From Paramoeba atlantica (taxonomy: Eukaryota; Protista; Discosea), in NCBI GenBank assembly GCA_977017575.1, contig CDRNVI010000144.1:372001-436000 (forward strand): a DNA stretch of 64,000 bases. Direction: 5' to 3'. The notes beneath the pieces were generated by a model. It was not told where the DNA came from, ran no database searches, and saw only the letters and a program-made list of their open reading frames with translations. A program made the position numbers and the translations under genes. Shown one piece after another: positions 46,112-58,400 of the stretch (position 1 is the first letter of the stretch; every line of letters begins with the position of its first letter).

Positions 46112-49100
46112 CTTCCTCCTCTTCTTGGCTTCTTCTGTGGGTTCATTACGGTTTCACTTCTCAGTTGACATGATGATAATCTCCTGAAAAAAAAATATGA
46201 TCCAAGATTCCAAACAAATGAAATAGTTGTGTGTAGTCACAGGAGTCACAGAAGTCACAGAACTCATGGAAGTTACAGAAGTCATAGAAGTCATAGAAGT
46301 CACAGATCCAATTCAGGCTGGACAAAAAACAAGATGTCCCAGAGTTACAAAATACAGTGTATAATTCAAGGTTGGTCCAGTCAAGCAAGGTAACTCAAGA
46401 AAGAAATCAAAACAAAGGATTTTCCACACAATAAGCCAGTAATTTCAAGGAAGATTTCCAGAAAATTTGATTCCTCAATCCAGGCAAAGGAATTGGACCA
46501 CAAAGATTCAAGGGATTTTGCTGGAATGAATACTGGTTGAAGAAAACTAGACTTCTGGGATGCTCAAAAATCCGCAAAATCCAAAAAACAAAAGGAGTTC
46601 AAAAGGACTTTATCACAAACAGTTCCAATAATGAACAAATCAGAGAAATATAGGAAAGTTCAGCAATTGGAAACAGCACAGAAGGAATCAAAGGAATTAA
46701 GAAAAAATAATCCCAGAAAATCCCAGCAAACAAATGATTATCCAACAACAATAATTCAAAAATGTCTTATGTTGTCACTCAATTCAAAAGAAAAAGGGAA
46801 CAAGATGCCAGAAACTCGAAAATTGCAAAGCAGGATGGAATTGTAAGGTTTCAGGGCTGAAAAACAGTAAGAAATTCCAAAACTTCCACTCTAAAACAAC
46901 AGGAAAGAGTTTAGAAGAGAGGGGTGTCTTGTCATCTCACTTGGGTAAAGAGCAAACAAGGCCACAAAAGAACTCAGTAATCCAAATACAAAAACAGGAA
47001 GTCACTCTGGCGGAAAATACAAGAGAATATCTGAAACTTGGAGCCCACAGAACAATGAGAGTCTAGAATAACCAACAAAGGGATTGTTTCTGAAGAAGGT
47101 CCAATCCAAGAGAGAACTTCAATAAATTTAGAAGTGATTTGTCACCAATACTGACTCAAACAATGTAAGGTTCGATCACAAACTCAGGAAATCAAATGAA
47201 ATATTTGAGAATCCAAGAATTGGCTCAAAAATGATTCAGAAAGAATATGATCTCAGAAAGGTCTTTCCCATCCCACAAAATTCTACAAGGAAGGTTGTCC
47301 ACAAATTCAACTCAAGGATGAAGGGGAGAACACACTCAAAATCAGCAGGTCATAAAAGAAAAATCAGGAATCCTTACAATCACACAAACAAAACTTTCCG
47401 AAATACCACCAAAACAGAACTGAGATTGAGGGTAATTTCTTAAGAAATCATCAAAAGGAGTAACAATGTTTTGCAAATCGCCAAAGGAGTAAGCAGAGAA
47501 CTGAAAGACCACTAAAGGAAATGACTTCAAATTTAATTAACTTGAAAATCAGCCAAATAGGGTATTTCTGGAGTGTCACTCAAACAGGCTCAAAAGAGGG
47601 GAACAAACTTCTCAAATTTGTTGAAAATCTTTTAATGCTAATAGAATCATTGAAGAACAAAACAAGAACAATAAAGCTACTAAGCAGAGCAATTCAGAGG
47701 GCAATTCAGTCAATGTGTGGTTTTCAAAAATTCCGCAAACAGGGCACAAAACAGTGGGTAAATTTCCAAAAATTATGGGGATTGTTCAAGATGTTTCAAA
47801 GATCAACTAAGAACAAAATAAGAGGAAAAAAAACCACAGAATAGAACTGATCTAGATGGCCTTGCTCAGAATCGGCCAAAATGAAGTGTTTCCAAAATAT
47901 TGCTCAAACAACTTCAAAAAGGGAACAAAACTTCAGAAATTATCAAAAGTCTTAGGTTGCCACTAGAATTGTTGAAAAGCAAGAGAAGGGAAGAGAAAAC
48001 CACTCAAAAGAATAGTTCAAAACAAGATCTAATCACTGTAGGGAAGTTTTTGAATTTCTGCAAGAACAAGCCCAGAAAGGAGGATAAATTTCCAAAAATT
48101 ACAGGGATTGTTTGAAATGTCTTGGAGATTGCCAGAGGACAAAATAAAGGGAAAGAAATTACTAGAGAAAACAAGTCCAAATATAATTGTCTCAAATTGT
48201 CCAAAACAGAGATTCTTCAAAAATTTCACTGGAACAAGATCAGAATAGGGGATAACCTTCTGAAAAGCCACTTGGTAACTCTCAAACACCTCAAGAGTTG
48301 CCAACAAACAAGAAAGGGAAAAGAAACTGTCCAAAAACAATTCCAAAACACAAAGGGCTCAAAGAGAGAAATCTTCCAAAACACAAGAACTCAAAGAGAG
48401 AAATCTTTTAGAAATTCTGCCAGAACAAGGTTGAAATGAGGAATAAATTTCTAAAAGATCATCAAAAGCTTTCAAACACTTCAAGAATTGCCTACAACAA
48501 AATAGAAGAGAAGACTGTTGAGAACACACATCTGAAACACAATTGATTCAAATAAGTCTTTTCACAAATTCCACAAGAACAAGATTAAAAGGGGAATCCA
48601 ATTCAAAACAAGGTCCAGAGAGAGAATCAAATTCTGAAAATTCGCAGGGGACTTTGAATTATTCTAGTAATCATCAAAAAGCAAGGTCGAAAAGCAAAAT
48701 CAAAAGAAAACAACTTTGAAGCTCAATTGTTTCAAATAAGAGTATTTTTCTTTTTTCAGAAATTCCACCGAAACAAGATCGAAAGAGGGAATTGAATTCT
48801 AAAAATTCGTCAAAAGCTTTGAATCACCTTGAGAATCAATAAAAGACAAACAAAGAGAAAAAACCAACAAAAAAACAGCCTTGAAACAGAATTCGCCCCA
48901 AAAGAGGAAATTTCTGGAAATTCCAACAAAACAAGGTCAAAAATCAAGATAAATTTCCAAAAATTTGTTTGAAGCTTTAAATAACCTTGAAAATCAACAA
49001 GGAAAGAGAATGAGGCCAAAATCGGTGCTAAAATCGATTCCAAAATACAAGTGCTTCAAATCAGGGTTTTTTTTCTCAAAAATTGACCAAAACAGAGCCA

Positions 49101-49417
49101 AGAAAAGAGAAACAAGTTTCCAAACCAGTTATTTGGATCTCAAATATCCTCAAGAGTTACAAAGGGATGAAATAAAACAAAAGGAGTCACAAAAGAAGAG
49201 GTTTGAAAGTCACCACCTTAAGAAAAGGAGGGAAAAATCACAAAAACTGGAACTTTCTTGCTAATAATTCAAAATCGGTCAGGGAAAATGGGCAGGATTC
49301 ACCAACAACCAAATTCAATTGTAAAACAAAAGAAAAGAAAGCAGAAAAAGCAAAAGAAAAATCAAAAGAAATGAAAAACCAATTTTCACCATAAAATCCA
49401 GGTCCAAAAATGGCTTA
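46112..49417. repeat. 3.3 kb region upstream of gypsy-2 gag with degenerate internal repeats
   Basis: GTCACAGAA repeats at ~46,236-46,305; recurring AACAAGRTCRAAAGAGGGGAAT..ATTTCCAAAAATT-like motif across ~47,750-49,000. Confidence 0.5.
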
Positions 49418-49713
49418 AATGTGAATCAGAGCATCACAGTTTACATAGTCATAAGCCTTGCAAAAGTCAGTTTGAAGAAGAGTAATATCTTGTCCATCAG
49501 CCAAAGCTTCATAGAAAGCATCATAAATAGTTTTTACAGCTGCATCAATTGATTTCCCCTTGAACATTGCATGTTGAGTATTAAAGATTACTCCACTTGC
49601 AATTTCAGAAAACCAAAAAGCCCAATATCACATTACAATTTGATAATCAGAGTTTGTTACACTTATAGATCTGAACTGATCAGGGTGAGGAATGTTCTCA
49701 ACCTTGGGAATCA

Positions 49714-50136
49714 ATTGTAGCATGATGGCTTAGTTGGTAAAACAGCTATTGCTTCAATTTAGGGTTGCAGGTTCAAATCCCAAAGAGGAAAATATTAAAA
49801 ATATTAAAAACATAATTGTGGTATGATAGCTTAGTTGGTAAAACAGCTATTGCTTCAATTCAGGGTTGCAGGTTCAAATCCCAAAGAGGAAAATATTAAA
49901 AACATTATTTTCTCTTCCTGCTCACTTGAATGTGAAAAACAAAACAGGTTATTCTCTGCTTTGTCTGCTAAAAAGCAGAGAATAAATTCTTTGAGAAGGA
50001 GTTTAAGTGAATTAAAGGTTTTTGAACCATTTGAACCTAAAGAGGTGAAACTCTATCCTCATTATTTTTAACCTTAAAAAATTAGTGGCTTTGGGTTAGG
50101 CTATCATCTAATAAAGTCTAGTGTTAAAAAGAAAAA
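49714..50136 (+). mobile_element. SINE-A head plus full SINE-A (partial dimer) in a single TSD
   Basis: Head at 49,714-49,813, full copy at 49,814-50,136; perfect TSD AACCTTGGGAATCA at 49,700-49,713 and 50,137-50,150. Confidence 0.88.
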
Positions 50137-52077
50137 AACCTTGGGAATCAAACACAATTAGCTTTCTCCAAAGAAGTCAGGGAATTTCATACTTTCTCCT
50201 GCTTGTTGGATCAGTTCAACCCACATCTCTTGATATTTCTTATAAGTTTTCTGATAGAGGGAGAAGAAAATTCCATCAGGGCCTGCACTGGTATTGTTGG
50301 CTTGAAAGAGTAGCTTCTCAACTTTCAGAAGGTCTACTGTATGATTTTCAGAGTCTGGAAAGCGGAAGGGGTGGTTGTTAAGAAGTTCATCAAGGGCTTT
50401 AAGATTATAAGGACATTCAGTTCCCAAAAGATCACCCCAAAAGCCTTTAATAGCTTCTCTCATAGTAGATGAATTATGAGACAAGATGTCATCAACAATC
50501 ACTTCTTTCACCTTGGGGGAAACCAACTTTAATCATCTAAGAAATAATCTTTAATCTCCATTTCCACCCTTTCAGAGGGTTATCCCAATTCTCAGCAGCT
50601 GCTTCTCTCAGTTCAGCTTCTAAGGAGGTGAAGGGGTGGGCTAGGCTATCCTTTCTAAGGATTCAAGTTGTTCTTAGCTTCTTAACTAAAGTTTGCAGTT
50701 TTCAAAATTTCTTAAAGAAATGAGCTTCCTTGTGCTTGTTCTTCCACAGAGCAGTTAATCTCCAGGCTTCAGATTTCATTTTATTAAGACAGATCACAGG
50801 GTCACCTACAGAGTAGTTTCCAACAGCTTCAAAAAGAGCAAAAATAAATTTGGGGTTATTAATTAGATATTCAGGAATCTTCTTCTTCTGAGAGTTGATC
50901 TTTCACTCTTTTACACTGGCCCCTCCAATCATTACAGTATGATCTTTGAATCCAAATGGGATTGCATTCACAAACAAATGATCTTCAGGAGCCTTAGAGA
51001 GAAAGAAGATGTGGTCAATGTATTGACCTTGAAAATGGGTAAGTTCTAACCAGTTGAGGCAAGATAGATTCAGATCAGAGAGGTGTTCAATTAATTTCTG
51101 GCAATTGGTTTCATTTAAGTTCCAATTGAGGTCCCCAACTAGAATATTTTTGTTCTGGGGAGAAAAAAACCAGGAGGATTCTTCCATTAGGTGTTTTAGT
51201 TTCAGACCAGGGTGGTGATAAACATTGAGGGCTGAAAATTCCTGATTTTGGATGAAAACTTTTAAACCAAACAATCTACCTTCATTTTTCTCAAAACAAA
51301 AAGGAGAGGGATCTTTCAATTCTTCCACACATCTAATTCCAATCACAAGGCCATGTTTCCTCTTGGAGAAGAAGTTATGAAACCAAATGTACTTCCTCAA
51401 GTGGTTCTTGAGATGATCAAGATCATTTTCAGATGTTGCATAGGTTTCCTGGAGGAAGATGAACAAGAGCCAGGAGCTAGTTGCCATTCTCTTGCAGATC
51501 TTGAGTTTTTCTTTATTTTGCAACCCATTTATATTCCAGGAGAGAACTCTTAGGTCAGGGAACTGAGAAAAATAACAAATTTGTGGTAAATCAGGAGGAT
51601 TGGATTCCAGAGCAAGGATTTGAGAATCACACAGTCTCTTTTGGGGGAAAGGGGAGTTGAGGGAGGTGGGGGGATTGAAGAGTTGAGAGATTAGTTGGGA
51701 TTTGTTGACAATTGTTAAAGGAGAGGGTTGAAGTTGAACATTAGATCTCAGGGAGAGGGGTTGAAGGAGTCCATATTTTCTGATATTTTGATTATTCTTT
51801 TTTCCTTTTTTTTTCTTTTTATTCACCATCTTTTGTTCTATCTTCTGGTATTTCTTTCCTTTTTTTTAATTAACTTCTGACTTAGAACTTTCTTTTGACT
51901 TTTTTTCTTTTTTTTCTGTTTTTTTTTTTTTTTTTTTTTTTCTTTTTTCTTTAAACTTTTCTTCTTTTTCCTTTTAAACAATAGAGAAGCTTCCCTGAGG
52001 GTCATCAGGAGACAATTTTGGGCTTCCATCAAGGTCAGCATCTTGAAATCAAGAGGGAAAGGGGGAATCAGCAATTT

Positions 52078-54321
52078 AATTGTAGTATGATGGCTTAGTT
52101 GATAAAACAGCTATTGCTTCAATTCAGGGTTGTAGGTTCAAATCCCAAAGAAGAAAATATTAAAACATTATTTTCTCTTCCTGCTCACTTGAATGTGAAA
52201 AACAAAACAGATTATTCTTTGCCCTGTTTACTAAAAAGCAGAGAATAAATTCCCTGAGAAGGAGTTTAAGTGAATTAAAGGTCTTTAGACCATTTGAACC
52301 TAAAGAAGTGAAATTCTATCCTTGTTATTTTTAACTTTAAAAAATTAGTGGCTTTGGGTTAGGTCATTACTTAATAAAGTCCAGTGTTAAAAAGAAAAAG
52401 AGGAATCAACAATTCTTTGGCCATTGCTAGAATGAGAACTGAATGAAAAAGTTGAAAATTCATGTTTGTCTGAATTACTAAAAGAGGTAGTGTTTTTCTA
52501 GTTTTGCAGGTTGGTGATGTTCTTTTTCTAGATTGCTATTTTGGCTTGTGATCTAGGAACTTTATCAAAGACATCTTCAGAGGGAAGGACACTTTGGACA
52601 CCAGTGGAGGAAGAAGGGAGAGGGACAATTGTGGCATGATGGCTTAGTTAGTAAAACAGCTATTGCTTCAATTCAGGGTTGCAGGTTCAAATCCCAAAGA
52701 GGAAAATATTAAAAATATTATTTTCTTTTCCTGCTCACTTGAATGTGAAAAACAAAACAGATTATCCTCTGCCCTGTCTGCTAAAAAGCAGAGAATAAAT
52801 TCCCTGAAAAGGAGTTTGAGTGAATTAAAGGTCTTTAGACCATTTGAACCTAAAGAGGTGAAACTCTATCCTAGTTATCTTTAATCTTAAAAAATTAGTA
52901 GCTTTGGGTTAGGCCATTACCTAATAAAGTCCAGTATTAAAAAGAAGAAGGGGGAGGGACACCAGTGGAGGAGGAGGAGGAAGGGACACCAGTGGAGGAA
53001 GATGGGAGAGGAACACCTCTAAAGTTTTTCACTTTGCCACTTTTTTTCTTTTTAACACTGGACTTTATTAAGTGATAGTCTAACCCAAAGCCACTAATTT
53101 TTTAAGGTTAAAGATAATGAAGATAGAATTTCACCTCTTTTTTTTCTTTTTAACACTAGACTTTATTAGGTGATAACTTAACCCAAAGCCACTAATTTTT
53201 TAAGGTTAAAAATAATGAGGATAGAGTTTCACCTCTTTAGGTTCAAATGGTCTAAAGACCTTTAATTCTTTTTTTTTTCTTTTTGAGGCAAACTTTATTC
53301 AATTAGTAGTTCTTAATTTAAGCTATTTGAATTACATTAAATTTAATTTGTTTTTAACCTCTAATGAGAGATGAAGTTTTAAACTTCAGCTTAGTTCAGT
53401 CAGTCTTTATACTGAACTTTAGAACTTCTGCAAGTTCAGGCTGGAGGATGCACATCAGAAGGGAGAATAATTCAAAGCTCCTTATAAAGGAATTTATCCT
53501 CAACTTTTTAGCAGACAAGACTAAGATGTAATTTGTTTTGATTTTCACACTTCTCCAAGAGCTCCTCACTCCAATCAAATCACTCTACAGCACCAGAAAA
53601 ATTTTCCATAATATTGAAAAACTGGAATTTGAACTCACCCTCCCAGGGTTGGACATAGTTGAATTTATGACTAAACTACAGGCACCAACTCAAAGACCTT
53701 TAATTCACTTAAACTCCTTCTCAGGGAATTTATTCTCTGCTTTTTAGCAAATAGGGCAGAGAATAACCTGTTCTATTTTTCACATTCAAGTGAGCAAGAA
53801 GAAAAAATAATATTTTTAATATTTTCCTCTTTGAAATTTGAACCTGCAACCCTGAATTGAAGCAATAGCTGTTTTACCAACTAAGCCATTATGCCACAAT
53901 TCATTCTGTCACTTTTTTCTTTTTTCACAAGAATGGTTTTAGAAATTGTGTTCGATTTTTTAACTTTCAACATTTTATCTGTGTTGCCTTTCAATTTCTT
54001 TTTCTTTTTAACACTGGACTTTATTAGGTGATGGTTTAACCCAAAGCTACTAATTTTTTAAGGTTAAAAATAATGAGGATAGAGTTTCACCTTTTTAGGT
54101 TCAAATGGTCCAAAGACCTTTAATTCACTCAAACTCCTTCTCAGGGAATTTATTCTCTGCTTTTTAGCAAACAGGGCAGAGGATAATCTGTTCTATTTTT
54201 CACATTCAAGTGAGCAGGAAGAGAAAATAATGTTTTTAATATTTTCCTCTTTGGAATTTAAACCTGCAACCTTGAATTGAAGCAATAGCTGTTTTACCAA
54301 CTAAGCCATTATGCCACAATT
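52078..54321. mobile_element. Mirror SINE cluster: SINE-A at 52,078-52,396(+), 52,628-52,944(+), 53,042-53,901(-), 54,004-54,321(-); SINE-B at 53,269-53,691(-)
   Basis: Reverse complements of the 34,008-36,251 cluster, at the same insertion sites. Confidence 0.9.
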
Positions 54322-55434
54322 CAATTTCTTTTTGCTTTGCCTCACTTTTTCCCTATCTTTATTGATTATTTTCCCTGTTTCTTCAGCTAATAATTGTCTT
54401 GGTCTTTTCTTGAATTTAGCTGTGTTTGAAGCAATAAATTTAACCATTTCAATCAAAACTTGTTGAAGTTTTTCATTCAGTAATTTATATTTCCTGTTTT
54501 TGAGGTTTGTAACTGTTTTTTTGAGTTCTTTCATTTTCTGCTTCTACCTAAATTTGGTTGGAAGATCCCCCAGCCATGCCCAAGCTTCCTCACCCATACT
54601 GAAACTCATTTCTTTGATCTTTCCTCCTTCCAAGGGGACTTTCACTGTGATTGATCCATCCCTCTTCCCCTCCTCCTTGTTTTCTTCCTCACTATCAACT
54701 TCTTTCCCTTTGATCATAATTATATCTTTGTCACCATCCTCTTCCCTTCTTTCCTGTTCATTCACTTCCCTCTTTTCTTGTTCATTCTTACCTTCCATTT
54801 CAGAGCTATTGCTCATTCCTTCCTCCTTGCTCTCCATTCCAGCAATTTCAACTTTTTTCTTAGGGACCCATTCTTCAGTTGGCTTTTCTTTTTCATAAAT
54901 AAATTTCATTCTTTCATACTTCTTTGCATTTGTGATCATGATTTGGTCTTTCTTGAAACTAAAGCTTTGTTGCTCATCTTCAAAAAGCTTGCTAATAGCA
55001 TCTTCACCTTGTTTCCAGATGATTTTTGTAGTGCAAGTAAGGCTCACAAGATGGTTTACTCCATATAAGGAGCACTCAACAAGGAGGTGGTATGGTTTGG
55101 TAAGCATTCAAATGGAACACTTGGCTTTAATCAAGGTGTTGATTTGGATGAATCCTTTGGTCTTGGCAATAAGGTGGACTAGAGAGAGGAGAATGGACTT
55201 ATAGAAGATGATGATGCAGTCATCAGAGACTTGTACCATTTCTTTAAAATTGAGAGAGGGAAGGTGGTCCTCTCCATTAAATAAATTGTAAATCCACTCA
55301 TTCTCTGAGACTTGGTAAGGGAGTTTGATCTTGATCCCCCACAAATGGGCATTATGATTGATTCTCCAAATACAAGAACTCTCAAGTTGGTTGATGATCA
55401 GGTTTCCTTTCTCTTCAATAATAGATTGAATCAT

Positions 55435-58400
55435 TGTTAGAATATCAGTATTCTTGGTTTGAAGAATGTTTGACTTAATGGAGAACATCATTTGTGAATT
55501 CTATGATCACGAGTTGTGCTATCCTGAAGCGCCTCATCTTCCTCTTTCAAATGGCGCTAGTCCCATCTGAATCTGACAACTACACACTGAGATATTGATC
55601 AATCATTGAATTGTGCCTTCAAGAATACCTTTGCCCTATTTCAGACCCAATTTGATTGCATAGTTTATTCTCTATATTCTGATCTTTCAGCCCATGAATT
55701 TATTTGTGCTGACGTCATCTGTTGTTCCCTTCCTTAAACTTGTTGTGTCTTTGTGTCTCTTACGTGTGCTTTTATTTGTGTGTGTTTCTCTGTTTTTGCA
55801 CTTGGTGTCACATTGTTAAATATGTGCTTGAAACCTGTTCGTAAATAAACGTGTGAGAGACTTTGTTTTTTCTCACATTCCCGGCTCTCGCCATGGAATG
55901 AAGTTTGCACCTTTCTTTTCTTTTCTCAGCAATCTTCTTTCACCAAACCCCGCCACTTGACAGATTAAGAGTCTAGGCTCTCTGCTTGATCTTGTCATTA
56001 GTAGAACTTCAGTGTTTTACACCTTTCTTTGTTTTATTTTTTTGTTTTATTTTTGTTTTATTTTCTGTTTTTTTGTTTTTCGTTTTTGTTTTTGTTTTCG
56101 CTCATTCGCACCCATTCTCTCATTTGTTCAACAACTTCACTCGATTTCTTTTTATTGTTCTTGCTCTCTTGTTCCTTTTGCCTGTCTTTCTGTTTGTTTT
56201 AATCGTGTGTTTTCACGATTCTGTGTGGTTTTCTTGGTTTTTCTCGCTCGTTTCCTCCTGTCGCTGTTTCTCGCTTTTCTCTCTCGCTCTTTTATGTTCG
56301 CCACATCCTCAACTATGGAAGATGATTATAGAGTAGTAGATTGGCCAGAGTTTGAACCAAAGAACAAGACATGGAAGGGTGCACTCGAGATTAATGAACT
56401 CAAAGGTGAATCCACCATTGAATTCATGCTCTGGCGAAAAGAGACACTCATTCGACTCAGCACCCAAAATCTCATTCATCATCTATTCCTTGACAAAGTT
56501 CCTACAGGTGAACCTGTTCTAATTAAGTTTGAGGAGGAGCTGGAGAAGATTACAGAAAAAATGGAAGAAGCTGAGAAGAAAAGATTCTTGGCAGAAAGAA
56601 AGGAGTTGGAGGCAAGACACAAAGAGAAATTGGAGTACAAGCAGCAAATCAACCAAAGACATTTTGATGACCATATGGACAATCAAATGAATCTTACAAA
56701 CTTACTGAATAAGGCTTGTGTTGGTCAAGCAAAGGAGTATCTTAGCGATTTGAAGAGAAGAACACCAAAAATTATTTGGGACACATTGATCTTAAATCTG
56801 AGTACCGTGATTGTTCACAACGTTAAAGAAGTGAAAAGTAAGTTAGAGGATTGTTGTATCGGAGAAAATGAGATGATCTCTAGTTTTGAGTTGAGACTGA
56901 AGGAGTTATTTCTTCACGTTGAAGCGTTGAAAGGGAAACCGATACCAATGAACAAGAAATTGGGTTACATTCGAGATTCCATGCTGCAACAACGTTGGGA
57001 AACCTTTCGAGGATTGCTTAGAGTGGGAGAGTGGACAGTGGAGAGTGCTTTCTTGGAGTTAAAAGAAATCAAAGGTAGTCACTCCAGCGCCAACAAGAAG
57101 AAACAAGCCTTGAAGACCAAGGAGAACGCCGCTGCTTATGTTGCTTTTCGGAAGAAGAATAACCCTGCTGCCAATCCTAATCAACTAGGAAATGTTGCCC
57201 CTCCTCGCCAAGGAAGACAAGGAAATGGCCCTCCTCGCCGTAGTCCTCTAATTCCTTCTCCTCAAACGTGCAACCAGTTTCGAAATTACCCTGGATGGGA
57301 AGATCCACCCACCCCTCCAGCTAAAGCCTGTTTTCGTTGTGGTGCCACCAGTCACATTGTGAAAGGTTGCAACACAAACCCAGCAAACCAAAGTGCTGTG
57401 GGACAACAAGCCAAGGTGAATTTCGACGCTTTCGTTCAAAAGATCAATGCTTGGAAGATAAAAATGAATAAAATCAATATTCCTGTTTACTCTTGTTGCG
57501 TTTCTGCTCTCGTTTCTTCTTCTCAATCTTCGATTCAATCTGCTTTTGTTGCAAAACAATCAAATGGAGCAACTGCTCTTGCTGATTCAGCTTGTTCAAA
57601 CACAATTGTGAATGATCCAAATCTCACAACAAGAAACACTCCACCCGCAATGTCCATAAGCATCAAGCAAGCGAATGGCAATCTGATTCCTGTTACAATG
57701 CAAGGTGACTTGGCAATTCATCCTGATTTGCCACCTCTTCAAGACATCTCTGTAGTCCCCAATTGTGAAATGAATCTTCTCTCTGTGGCTCACATGTGTG
57801 AAACTTGGGATGCTTCTGTTGTTTTGGATTCTGACCAAATTCGTGTGACAAAAAAGAAGATCAATTTGAGCAATTCCCAGACGATTTTGAGTGGTCCACA
57901 GAACAATGGCTTGTATTATTTGGCTTTACCCAGTCGAACCAACCATCAACAATCTTATATTGCTGAAGAAGTTACTCACCCAAAAAATGAAACCCCTGAG
58001 GATGCTCCTTCATCTCAACCTCTCCGCAAGAAAAGAATCTGTAGAACCCTCTGTCCTACCTGTGAAAAAGAATGGAAATATTGGCATAATAGATTGTGTC
58101 ATTTTTCTGGTTTAAAAAGGACTATTAATGCTCGTGTGGTTGATGGTTTGCCCCTGCAATATCACAGATTGAGAATGGATCAAAATGTTTGTACTGCTTG
58201 TGAGTTGGCCAAAGTGAAAAGGAAGAGTCATACCCCTGGTACGAGAACAAAACAAAAACTCGGTGAAATGTTGCACATTGACAACCACGAGAAAAATATA
58301 CTTTCTTATCAGAAGAACAAATACTCTCTCTCAGTTGTTGAAGACTACTCCAAGATGGATTTATCTGAATTCCTCAAGAAAAAGAGTGATGCTGGCGAAG

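Noticed and set aside
56012-56293. Hydrophobic N-terminal extension of Copia gag (also 32,036-32,317)
   Set aside because: Starts at TTG in a T-rich leader; the first ATGs are at 56,294 and 56,315.
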